A stretch of 64,000 nt of DNA from a virus (taxonomy: Duplodnaviria > Caudoviricetes): IMG/VR virus record IMGVR_UViG_3300026088_000014, positions 13,039 through 77,038 of that record. One strand, written 5' to 3'. A program made the translations under genes and the position numbers. Position 1 is the stretch's first letter; every line of letters starts with the position of its first letter. The notes under the pieces are model-generated. The model saw only the letters and a program-made list of their open reading frames with translations. It made no database searches and was not told where the DNA came from. Of the stretch, positions 44,635-52,823 are shown in pieces.

Positions 44635-44876
44635 CAGGCCCAGCTCAGCACAGCTTAGCCGAGTCAAGCCCGGCACAACCCAGCGCAGCATAGCAAAGCA
44701 GGCCAAGCGGTGCAGAGCGAAGTGTAGCTTGGAGAAGCCGAGTGTGGCATGGCAAAGCAGGCGCGGCCCAGCGAAGCTTAGCTTAGTCAAGACCGGCCCA
44801 GTATTGCCCAGCAAAGCAGGCAAAGCAAAGCCAAGTGTAGCGGGGCGAAGCATAGAAAAGTGAAGCACAGCGAGAA
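44633..44876 (+). ncRNA. Pentamer-periodic array (RGY-NN)n: four 53-64 nt units delimited by AGCAGGC; putative guide RNAs
   Basis: 48 in-register triplets: 32 AGY, 10 GGC, 6 other. Boundaries at 44633, 44697, 44756 and 44815. Confidence 0.8.
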
Positions 44877-44885
44877 ATAAAGACA

Positions 44886-45617
44886 ATGAGTGAAGTTGGT
44901 CATAACCTTCCGCCAAGCATGACAACTACAGCCGGAGAGATCATGCGCGATCTCTCTGGCTGGCTTTCTGAGCATCCTGTCATTCAGGATGAAACCGAAG
45001 CTAAAGAAGCAAAGATTTTTATTGATAGAGCAAGATTGGGATTAAAGGATTTAGAGGATGAACGGGTAAATCTAGTTAAACCGCTTAATCAGCAATTGGA
45101 GCAAATCAATGAGCATTACCGACAACCACGAGACACTCTCAGAAAAGTCCTCGATGAGCTCGAACGTCGAGTTACCGGATTTCTCACAGCTGAAGAGGCG
45201 AGACATAGACAGGATATTGCAGAAGCTAAGCGAGTTGCGGAGGCTGCTGAAGTCGCTGCGCGGGAAGCTGAGCGGCAAGAGTTGGCTGTCTTTGAACAAG
45301 CTAAGGCTGGAGAGCTTGGACTTGACGTTGCAGCTGTTACACTGGAAGCGAATGCAAAGTTTGAAACGTGGAAAAAAGCCAAGCGCGCGGAAATCCGCGA
45401 GGAAAGGGAAAAGGTAACACTTCCCAAAGGACTCACCCGCCCCAAGCGGATGCGAGATTATGAGACGCTTGTTGTCACAGACGTTGTTGCGGCAGTGCAG
45501 GTGATGAAGGATAGTGACCGCATCATCGAGGCCGTGCGAAAATCCGCACGGTCATACCAGAAAGTCTACGGTCATTATCCGCCGGGAATTGAAGTCAAGA
45601 TAGAGCGGAAGTTATAA
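44886..45617 (+). CDS. Coiled-coil phage protein (Gp157/Gam-like character)
   Basis: GHN.PP N-terminus; LEDERVNLVKPL...INEHYR; long coiled coil. Confidence 0.6.
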   Translation: MSEVGHNLPPSMTTTAGEIMRDLSGWLSEHPVIQDETEAKEAKIFIDRARLGLKDLEDERVNLVKPLNQQLEQINEHYRQPRDTLRKVLDELERRVTGFLTAEEARHRQDIAEAKRVAEAAEVAAREAERQELAVFEQAKAGELGLDVAAVTLEANAKFETWKKAKRAEIREEREKVTLPKGLTRPKRMRDYETLVVTDVVAAVQVMKDSDRIIEAVRKSARSYQKVYGHYPPGIEVKIERKL

Positions 45618-45708
45618 TCGTTAACCGCGAGTAAATGTCGATGCAGGACATCATAATTTGGGCAGTATCAATGATTGCTGTGATTGCTCTTATAGGGGCG
45701 CTAGGTCC

Positions 45709-45855
45709 ATGAGAGACGAGTTGCTCGCCATTGCGATTTGCGTCTGCTGCTTCGCCATCATACTCACGGCTTGCAGCAGCAATCCGGTGGACGATCCAAA
45801 TATCGTTGACTGCGGCAACGGATACTATGCACGAACAAAGGCACAATGCCGATGA
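45709..45855 (+). CDS. Small lipoprotein
   Basis: Hydrophobic signal ending ILTAC. Confidence 0.5.
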   Translation: MRDELLAIAICVCCFAIILTACSSNPVDDPNIVDCGNGYYARTKAQCR

Positions 45856-46106
45856 CAATAGACCAGATTATCAGAGCGGCCCTCCCGGGAGCCGACGATG
45901 CCACCGTTGAGCATGTTCTGTGGGGGCGAACCCATTTTCCTTTCGGTCCCATGACGCCGCAATATTTATTCAAAAAGGCTGACGGGTTTAGGAGAGCCGA
46001 GAAAAACGGCCGCCGTCTCTGTGACTTTTGCCACCGGCTGGCGGTTGACGGATGGAATTGTCGGCAATGCAAAGATGCCCTGAGGGCGGTGATAACCACG
46101 GGTTAA
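45846..46106 (+). CDS. Hypothetical protein with C-terminal zinc finger
   Basis: CDFC...CRQC. Confidence 0.6.
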   Translation: MPMTIDQIIRAALPGADDATVEHVLWGRTHFPFGPMTPQYLFKKADGFRRAEKNGRRLCDFCHRLAVDGWNCRQCKDALRAVITTG

Positions 46107-46113
46107 GAACGCG

Positions 46114-46377
46114 ATGGTCGATCAAGTAGCGAGGGCATTATGCGAGGCCGCTGGTCGTTCAATATATCACGATCCAGATACGCAGCTTTTGGCTTGCTCT
46201 TGTTGCGACAAACTGCCGAACGGTACAAGGCGTTGCATCTATTGGGAGACGTTTAGGGGCGAAGCACGGGCGGCGAATGCCGTTAAAGACAAAACGCTGA
46301 GAGAAATCGCGTATCACTCTATCTTGCGTCACCTTTATGAGCTTCCGCGTAAACGTCGCCCTAAAAGGACTAGATAA
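46114..46377 (+). CDS. Cassette gene, hypothetical
   Basis: VARALCEAAG motif; ends in the AGGACTAGATAATG junction. Confidence 0.55.
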   Translation: MVDQVARALCEAAGRSIYHDPDTQLLACSCCDKLPNGTRRCIYWETFRGEARAANAVKDKTLREIAYHSILRHLYELPRKRRPKRTR

Positions 46378-46547
46378 TGCCGCGAGCAAAGAACGCAGAC
46401 GTATTCGACGTGTGGGGCAAGCCGCCCCCGTTGCTTCGCACTCTGACGGAAAGGCAAGAGCGGGCACTGAGGCGATACGTCGATAAAGTGGTCCGCATCG
46501 CATACGATTGCGGAGTCGCGGCAGTAACGCCCGAGAAGAAGGACTAG
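46377..46547 (+). CDS. Cassette gene (56 aa) ending TPEKKD
   Basis: Hand-translated between two junctions. Confidence 0.55.
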   Translation: MPRAKNADVFDVWGKPPPLLRTLTERQERALRRYVDKVVRIAYDCGVAAVTPEKKD

Positions 46548-46550
46548 ATA

Positions 46551-46802
46551 ATGCCGCCAGTCCCACCGATGACACTGCGAGAAATGCTTGAGCACATCGA
46601 GTCCTGTCCAGATGGCTGCGGAGTATGTCGTGAACTGGCGCGTCGGGCTCTCTCTCTCTTGGATGGCGACAAATACGAAACCGAGATTGAGCGGCTGCAA
46701 AAACTAATTAGTGACGTGGCGGTGCATGTCCGCCCCGGCGATTTGCCCCCTGCGCTTTTCTACCGGCTGACTGCCCAAGCCATAACGCCCGAGAAGGACT
46801 AG
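46551..46802 (+). CDS. Cassette gene ending TPEKD
   Basis: Junction start and stop; CPDGCGVC. Confidence 0.6.
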   Translation: MPPVPPMTLREMLEHIESCPDGCGVCRELARRALSLLDGDKYETEIERLQKLISDVAVHVRPGDLPPALFYRLTAQAITPEKD

Positions 46803-46885
46803 ATAATGCCGCTAACACAATCTGAGATGTTTTTCATGATTATTCTTCTTGCAATAGGCGCATGGAATATTGCCGTGAGGCTTCC

Positions 46886-47107
46886 ATGACTGAACTAATG
46901 CCGGAACCAACACCAGAACAAATCGATGCGGCGGCTCGGGCAATCTTTGAGCACATGACCGACATCAACGGAGACGAGAAAGCCGCTGCGGCGCTAACGC
47001 CCGAGAAGAAGCTACAAACAACTCAGGAACCGACACAAGAGCAGATCGAGGCGGCGGCTCGGGCGCTGAAAGCATTGGCGGCGCTAACGCCCGAGAAGAA
47101 GGACTAG
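46886..47107 (+). CDS. Cassette gene with two EQI(D/E)AAARA repeats
   Basis: Internal duplication; ends TPEKKD. Confidence 0.55.
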   Translation: MTELMPEPTPEQIDAAARAIFEHMTDINGDEKAAAALTPEKKLQTTQEPTQEQIEAAARALKALAALTPEKKD

Positions 47108-47110
47108 ATA

Positions 47111-47200
47111 ATGATCGAAGTGCCAACATGGCTGTTTGTCTTGATGTGCGTTCTGCTGTTCGTAAATTCAGCAATCGTTCTGATGCGCTATAGGGACTAA
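47111..47200 (+). CDS. Cassette gene, 29-aa membrane peptide
   Basis: MIEVPTWLFVLMCVLLFVNSAIVLMRYRD between junctions. Confidence 0.5.
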   Translation: MIEVPTWLFVLMCVLLFVNSAIVLMRYRD

Positions 47201-47203
47201 ATA

Positions 47204-47317
47204 ATGCCGGGGCGAATTTGGTGTTTCCTATTTCACTGGCGCGGAAGAACCTATGCCGATGGATGGATTTGTCGTCGGTGCGGTCGAATGTGGCTTAGGC
47301 CAGAGAGGACTAGATAA
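47204..47317 (+). CDS. Cassette gene, 37-aa Cys/His peptide (DUF1660-like)
   Basis: IWCFLFHW...WICRRCGR. Confidence 0.5.
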   Translation: MPGRIWCFLFHWRGRTYADGWICRRCGRMWLRPERTR

Positions 47318-47700
47318 TGCCGGAACCAACACGAGAGCAGATCAGGGCGGCGGCCAAGGCTATGGCGGCGCGGCGCGGCATTGAGTTGGACAAGATACCG
47401 CTTGCATGCCTCGTTGACTGGCTTGAATCGGCGGAGGACGCCCTCACCGCCGCTGCGGCAGTATCGCCCGAGACAACGCAAGAGCAGATAGAGGCGGCGG
47501 CTAGAGCAATATGGCAAACACTCTTTCCGCACCTTCCTTATCAAACCGGATGTAGCGCCGCCGCCCAAGCCGCACTCAAGGCCGCTGCGGCGCTAACGCC
47601 CGAGAAGGACACCGCCCCCGGTCACACTGATCTGATGGTGTCGCCCGAGAGCATAGAAGAATATTTCGCGGCGTTGCCGCCCGAGCAGGAACGCAAATGA
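47317..47700 (+). CDS. Cassette gene with EQI.AAA repeats
   Basis: Junction start; two repeats. Confidence 0.6.
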   Translation: MPEPTREQIRAAAKAMAARRGIELDKIPLACLVDWLESAEDALTAAAAVSPETTQEQIEAAARAIWQTLFPHLPYQTGCSAAAQAALKAAAALTPEKDTAPGHTDLMVSPESIEEYFAALPPEQERK

Positions 47701-47954
47701 CGAAGAAACCTGAAAAACATTTTCTTATGTACGGGCGCCTCATTGGCGAGAATGACGCTTGGGTTAGTTGCGCCTGTGGTTGGGAGGAATCGGCTTCAGT
47801 CAGAGACATAAAAATGGTTGGAGAACTTCACCTAAATCAAGCGGCGTTTGCACCCGAGAAACGCCGGGACGAAATAGGGTACGTGCCAAAAGACGATCCG
47901 AGGCTAAACACAATAATTGGACCGCGTTCGCTCGATAAACGCCGGGAGGAATGA
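47697..47954 (+). CDS. Hypothetical protein
   Basis: ATGA overlap; CACGW. Confidence 0.5.
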   Translation: MTKKPEKHFLMYGRLIGENDAWVSCACGWEESASVRDIKMVGELHLNQAAFAPEKRRDEIGYVPKDDPRLNTIIGPRSLDKRREE

Positions 47955-48150
47955 GATGGAATGGTTGCTAATTCTCTGGCCAATCATCGGATGGGTAAGC
48001 GGCTATTGCTCAACTCCAAAATGGATGTTTCAAGCCGACCCAAATGGATATCTTGTCTTGTTCTTCTGCGGGGGAGTTGCCGGACCATTTGGGCTGCTTT
48101 GGTTTCTGCCCGACGATAATGATTGAACACACGCCCGATAAACGCCGGGA

Positions 48151-48348
48151 ATGACGGAGTGCGAGCAACAACATGACTGGCGAAAAACCGGAGAAGTACG
48201 AAAGTACATCAATGATGATGGGCGACTTTTCCGGCATGGCAACAAGCCGGTGGCAATTCTTAGATGCGCCAGATGCAGCCAATCGGGGTTTCGTCACTTG
48301 GATGGTGTCGTGGTTTACACCTGGGCGAAACTTAAACAACGGCGTTAA
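48151..48348 (+). CDS. Hypothetical protein
   Basis: ORF track; CARC. Confidence 0.45.
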   Translation: MTECEQQHDWRKTGEVRKYINDDGRLFRHGNKPVAILRCARCSQSGFRHLDGVVVYTWAKLKQRR

Positions 48349-48376
48349 TGATTGATTAACACTGAAAGGAAGAAAC

Positions 48377-48856
48377 ATGCCAGTCGCTACAGTTACAGTT
48401 GCCGGTAAGGCAGCCCCGGAGTTGGGAAAGAAGCGCGGGAGAATCAAAGGTATTGATGGAATGCTTTTCCAAGCTGATCCCTCCCTTCTCGACGCAATCT
48501 CGGTAGGTGCTACATATCAGATCACCTACAAGGATGATGAGTTTAATGGAAATAAGTTTCGTGTCGTTGAAGGTGCGATGCCGGCAACTCCAGGAATGGC
48601 AATGCAGCCAGCAGCGCAAGCACCTCAAGCCGGCAGACCAATGTCGTCTCAGCAATCAATGCCAACGACCAAGGATGAGGACATCGCGACACTGGCGATC
48701 GCTAAAGAGCAGCTGAACAAGATCAATCCCGGCGATATAGAGATGGGATTTCACGTTCTCAAGTCCTCAGCAATGATGTGGCGCAAGTTCAAAAGCTGGC
48801 AGAAGCTAGGACCGCAGACGGTCAAAGAGGATATGGAAGATGACATCCCTTACTAA
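48377..48856 (+). CDS. Putative ssDNA-binding protein
   Basis: Beta-rich N-terminus, Q/P/A linker, acidic tail MEDDIPY; RBS AAGGA. Confidence 0.55.
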   Translation: MPVATVTVAGKAAPELGKKRGRIKGIDGMLFQADPSLLDAISVGATYQITYKDDEFNGNKFRVVEGAMPATPGMAMQPAAQAPQAGRPMSSQQSMPTTKDEDIATLAIAKEQLNKINPGDIEMGFHVLKSSAMMWRKFKSWQKLGPQTVKEDMEDDIPY

Positions 48857-49166
48857 TGATCGCCCCCTCAGTGAGATCTACAAAGAGGCCGGAGATGATT
48901 GGGTTGAGAAGGATGCCATTGCCAGGTTAAGAGAAGAAACCAAGTCACTGCGCTTTGCCCAACGCTGTCAAACCTTGGGTGACATTCCGGTTAACCGCGC
49001 TGAACAGACAATAAAAGGAAGCACGGATTGGTATGAAGAAGTTATTCAAGACGTTGGAGCGAGAACGGCAGCCAATAAAGCCAAAGTCTACATGGAATCA
49101 GTGAAGATGCGGCACAGCGAGCATATGAACGACGAGGCCAACCACCGAGCGGAGTCAAGATTATGA
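48840..49166 (+). CDS. Helical recombination-associated (UvsY-like) hypothetical protein
   Basis: W...DA.AR..EETK...AE..IK.S..W pattern; low certainty. Confidence 0.4.
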   Translation: MTSLTNDRPLSEIYKEAGDDWVEKDAIARLREETKSLRFAQRCQTLGDIPVNRAEQTIKGSTDWYEEVIQDVGARTAANKAKVYMESVKMRHSEHMNDEANHRAESRL

Positions 49167-49208
49167 CCAGACCCAAGCGGGTAGTGCCCGCAACCATGGA
49201 GTGGTCAT

Positions 49209-49478
49209 ATGAGAAATCGTGCGTTTCGACGCCATCAAGCCTATCGGCATATGTGGCGCAGGCTAAAGGAAGATAGAAACCAGCATTACAATGATTTGAG
49301 CTGCCCTTGTTGGACCGATGGAAAGGCAATGGCTCGTTTTAAGGAGCAGCCCACCGTTTGTTCTGGACCATGCTGTGGCAAGCCGCGGCGTTGGTACAAA
49401 GGCCAAGAGCGCTTTACCACGCAAGAGCGGAGGCTGAAAAATGTCCCGATCGGTCCCCGAATGGATTGGAGCGAGTGA
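49209..49478 (+). CDS. Basic Cys-containing hypothetical protein
   Basis: CSGPCCGKPRR. Confidence 0.55.
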   Translation: MRNRAFRRHQAYRHMWRRLKEDRNQHYNDLSCPCWTDGKAMARFKEQPTVCSGPCCGKPRRWYKGQERFTTQERRLKNVPIGPRMDWSE

Positions 49479-49809
49479 TGACACACCGATACCTCCTAGA
49501 GTGCGGTTACGGATTTTTGACCGATATAAAGGAAGGTGCAATCATTGTGGCCTGTCTATTTGTGGCCGTCTACTTCCTGCTTTCGATCACATCGTCTCTC
49601 TCATTAACGGAGGACAGAACCGCGAACAAAACATCCAGCTGTTATGCTCCGCGTGTCATCGACCCAAAACAGCCGCCGATGTTCATACCAAATCTGTCAC
49701 CTACACCAAGAGAGCAAGGCGTCTGAAGCTGAAGAATAGAAAGCCGATGCTTGGCAGCAAGGATAGCGGCTGGAAGAAAACATTTAACCACGGATGGGTG
49801 AAACGATGA
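49441..49809 (+). CDS. HNH endonuclease
   Basis: CNHCG...FDHIVSLINGG.N...NIQLLCSACH. Confidence 0.85.
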   Translation: MSRSVPEWIGASDDTPIPPRVRLRIFDRYKGRCNHCGLSICGRLLPAFDHIVSLINGGQNREQNIQLLCSACHRPKTAADVHTKSVTYTKRARRLKLKNRKPMLGSKDSGWKKTFNHGWVKR

Positions 49810-49874
49810 ACCTACGCATTAGCATAATGGCGGTGCTCGTCATCGGCTTCATCTTGATTTTGGGGGTTTAAGCC

Positions 49875-50057
49875 ATGACACCGACCGTTTGGGTATTATT
49901 GCTGTGGGTGCAAGGCATGGCAAGACAGGAAATCACCGTGTCCAACATTTCAACAGAAGCCGAGTGCCATCGCCTTGCGGCTGAAATCCAGCGGTTGACA
50001 AGGGGCAGCGCACTTTATCACTGCATTTCCTACCAAACATTGAAGGATAAGCCATGA
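49875..50057 (+). CDS. Small hypothetical protein
   Basis: WVLLLW...FSTEAEC-like pattern. Confidence 0.45.
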   Translation: MTPTVWVLLLWVQGMARQEITVSNISTEAECHRLAAEIQRLTRGSALYHCISYQTLKDKP

Positions 50058-50311
50058 CATTCCACAAACCGTACCACTTAAGACATCGGACCAATATACC
50101 ATCTTATACCTCTCCGATTGCTACCGTGGCTATCGTGCTGGTGGTTGCTTGCGCTCTCATCGCGGCCTCGGCATTAGGCGCGGTGGTTGCGTTCGCGTTC
50201 AGGTGGTGATTTAGTTTGTTAACCGTAAAATCAAGAGGGAGGAAACAGCCACTATCCCCACCGCTCAACTGAGCGTGCAAGCCTTACCCAGCCCATTCCC
50301 AGGAGCAAGTA

Positions 50312-50824
50312 ATGCCGAACATTCTCCGTCTCGCGGCAGCCGTAGTGGCTGTCCTCCTCTTCACAGACTCGTCTGCATCAGCACGACATCACCGACAGCA
50401 ATATAACTACCAACAGCCCCAATCAGTTCAGCCAGATTACCAGCGGCGGCACCGTCGAAATTATTACCAAGAACACTATTATACGAATAAGCATTACGCG
50501 CAGGTTGTCGGTCATCCCTCCGGCTGTCCGGGCCGTTCATTCTGCGGATGTGGTGTCAGCAAGATGGTATTTGGCCGCCCGGTGCGTGAGCTCTATCTGG
50601 CAAGAAACTGGTACAAATTCCCGCGCGCTCATGCGGCGGCTGGCATGGTCGCCGTGCGCAGGCATCATGTCATGTATATTCAAAGCGTGGACGCTAACGG
50701 CAACGCCACCGTCTACGATCCGAACAGCGGCGGGCATCAGACGCGCATTCATACGCGCAGCCTTGCCGGTTTCACTGTGGTCAATCCGCGCACAGTATTG
50801 TCGATGATGCCGACGAGTCTCTAG
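50312..50824 (+). CDS. Secreted CHAP/NlpC-P60-like cysteine amidase
   Basis: Signal peptide; GCPGRSFCGCG (Cys), AGMVAVRRHHV (His) and VYDPNSG. Confidence 0.55.
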   Translation: MPNILRLAAAVVAVLLFTDSSASARHHRQQYNYQQPQSVQPDYQRRHRRNYYQEHYYTNKHYAQVVGHPSGCPGRSFCGCGVSKMVFGRPVRELYLARNWYKFPRAHAAAGMVAVRRHHVMYIQSVDANGNATVYDPNSGGHQTRIHTRSLAGFTVVNPRTVLSMMPTSL

Positions 50825-50838
50825 CTTGCCGGATTTTT

Positions 50839-51297
50839 TTATCTTTTCTCGGGAGCCATGATGTTGGGTAGGCTAAAACTAGAGAACGACTTTGTGCCGC
50901 CGCCCAACAGCGCCGCTGCTGCCAAGAGCAGAAGACAGATAATGGCGATGACGGTGATGATGTAACGGATTGCCGATACAATTGGCTCTCCCGCTCCCAT
51001 GGCCGCTCCTATCCAACCAAGCACCAGATCAACAATGTAGAGGACGGCAATTAGCACCAAGATGCCTACCGCGAAGGTGATGATGCCTTGTGGCGTTGCA
51101 GCAAAGGCAGTGCCATCGAAACCTAGCGCCGCGGCAACGGAGAGGATGAAAGCAATTAGCAGGCAACAACCTACGGCAATCTTAGCGATCTTGGCGAGTA
51201 AAGCATCCTTGGCGATGCCGTCGATAGTGATGAAGAAGATAGCACCAACGCCCAGAAGCAGAATCATGCTTACTATAAAAGCTATGAGACCCGACAT
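50839..51297 (-). CDS. Four-TM membrane protein with internal duplication
   Basis: Two hairpin-like hydrophobic halves. Confidence 0.65.
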   Translation of the reverse strand: MSGLIAFIVSMILLLGVGAIFFITIDGIAKDALLAKIAKIAVGCCLLIAFILSVAAALGFDGTAFAATPQGIITFAVGILVLIAVLYIVDLVLGWIGAAMGAGEPIVSAIRYIITVIAIICLLLLAAAALLGGGTKSFSSFSLPNIMAPEKR

Positions 51298-51345
51298 TGT
51301 CGCCTCCTGTTTTCATCGTTGCAACTCTTTACCCGGTGGATTCGT

Positions 51346-51819
51346 TCAGTGCAGAAATCTTACAGCAAAAGCTATGCTACCCAGCACACCGTAAATGATG
51401 CCGACTGCACCTACGATGAGCCCCCAACTCTGACCTATACCGGTTGACTTCCCTTCTCCTGAATCCATCCTCGCTTTAAGATCGTCAACCTTCTGCTCCA
51501 AAGCCCTATGGCCGATAGCGTATTCTTCCCGGTTCATGAAGGTTCTGGCTTGGTCGGATAGTGTCTGTCTGAACTCGTTGACGCCTTCAAACCTGCGCTC
51601 GGTAGCCAACTCAGCCTTGTCGATTGCCTTAGCTGCAGCCTGCATTGCAGCGTTGCTCTGCTCCTTCACCGCCTCCAAAGCTGCGGCCACAGCTTCCTTT
51701 GACGCCCTTGACTCTGCGGTAGTGAAGTTGGAAAGCGCGCTTATCTTGCTACTGAGAAATTCCTCAAGGGTGTCTAGCGTCCATCCGTGAGGACTGGTGT
51801 CGCACTCTTTCCTGGCCAT
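51346..51819 (-). CDS. Coiled-coil protein with C-terminal TM (lysis-cassette associated)
   Basis: AIDKAELATERRFEGVNEFRQTLSDQ; terminal hydrophobic helix. Confidence 0.65.
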   Translation of the reverse strand: MARKECDTSPHGWTLDTLEEFLSSKISALSNFTTAESRASKEAVAAALEAVKEQSNAAMQAAAKAIDKAELATERRFEGVNEFRQTLSDQARTFMNREEYAIGHRALEQKVDDLKARMDSGEGKSTGIGQSWGLIVGAVGIIYGVLGSIAFAVRFLH

Positions 51820-51823
51820 CGAT

Positions 51824-52327
51824 TTATCCAAACCTTGCATATTCACCGCGCAATTCTTTGGCGGCTTGACAGTATGCCAGATATGCTTCTTCCTTAGTCT
51901 CAAAGGAGCCAAGATATTTTTGTTTATTATTTATGGATAATTGTGCCCGCCATTTTTTATTTTGACTCTGCCAAGTAACCCCCTTGAGGCCGCTTGTGTT
52001 TGTTACGGGTATCTTGCTGTTGGCATTGTTTTGTAGACCGGTTGCTTCGCGTAGATTGATCCATCTGTTGTCTGACCTATTACCATTGATGTGGTCAATT
52101 TGATCTTTTGGCCACCCTTTGGTCATATAAAACCAAATGATGCGGTGGGCTAAATAACGCTTTCGATCAATCATGAGTTCTAAATAACCTTTACTTTGTG
52201 GAGTGCCGACCTTACTTCCGGCACTTGCCCCAGGAACTCCAAGAATGCGAGAAAGTGCGCCAGTAATTGGATTATATTCCAACGTCTGACGCAATCTTTC
52301 ATACGTTAGCGAAGTCCGCCTGTTCAT
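51824..52327 (-). CDS. HNH-AP2 homing endonuclease
   Basis: YLAHRIIW...IDHINGNRSDNRWINLREAT...NTSGLKGV...KWRAQ...LGSFET. Confidence 0.92.
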   Translation of the reverse strand: MNRRTSLTYERLRQTLEYNPITGALSRILGVPGASAGSKVGTPQSKGYLELMIDRKRYLAHRIIWFYMTKGWPKDQIDHINGNRSDNRWINLREATGLQNNANSKIPVTNTSGLKGVTWQSQNKKWRAQLSINNKQKYLGSFETKEEAYLAYCQAAKELRGEYARFG

Positions 52328-52330
52328 CGT

Positions 52331-52645
52331 TCACCGTATAAAGCGGCCATGTATGACGACGCCTGCTACGGTCGGCGGAGCAGCACCTCTCCTTGCCGCT
52401 GCTGGCGGCAGGTTGGCTACAGCAGCACAAATCGCCGCGGCAACACCTGAAGCGGTGGCAACGATCGGATTACCCGAGGCAAGAATCTGCGCTACGGTAT
52501 TGATCGTGGGCAAGAATCCGCAGGCAGCAACAGCCGCTTCCCGAATCTGCTTGATGACATCGGTATTGCTGGTGCCGCCTGTAGTGGCGCAGCCGCTCAG
52601 CATGAAAGCGGCAACCAACGGGGCCGCCAAGAGAATTTTGCGCAT
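52331..52645 (-). CDS. Lipoprotein (possible spanin component)
   Basis: Lipobox FMLSGC. Confidence 0.7.
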   Translation of the reverse strand: MRKILLAAPLVAAFMLSGCATTGGTSNTDVIKQIREAAVAACGFLPTINTVAQILASGNPIVATASGVAAAICAAVANLPPAAARRGAAPPTVAGVVIHGRFIR

Positions 52646-52823
52646 CAGATAACCCTCCCTGTTCTATAGTCTTCAACAGCGATAACGACTTCATTGGCGA
52701 CAGCACGGCACTCGGCATCACTGATGAACTTGCCGTACATGCTTTTATCGGCGTGATCCCTGACAGCCCGGAAGGCAACGTCAAGCTCAGCCTGATCGAT
52801 CTCCTGGCCTTCAATCTTAGGCA

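Larger units (their letters stand above)
46366..47700 (+). repeat. Cassette array joined by (TAACGCCCGAGAAG[A])AGGACTAGATAATG(CCG)
   Basis: GGACTARATAATG at about 46367, 46541, 46796, 47101, 47194 and 47307; TAACGCCCGAGAAG five times. Confidence 0.9.

Noticed and set aside
44640-44661. Concatenated unit-1 dinucleotides CCTCACTTCG match the reverse strand of the early hairpin core
   Set aside because: The match is only 10 nt and fails at the next dinucleotide; plausible by chance in 64 kb across several guides.
44633-44876. Calling the array a CRISPR
   Set aside because: There are no 23-50 nt repeats separated by unique spacers; only a 7-9 nt boundary motif recurs.
44360-44975. ORF-track ORFs overlapping the pentamer array (44360-44863 +, 44545-44925 -, 44787-44975 -)
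   Set aside because: They are by-products of the stop-poor 5-nt periodicity, overlap real genes and have no RBS or recognisable domains.
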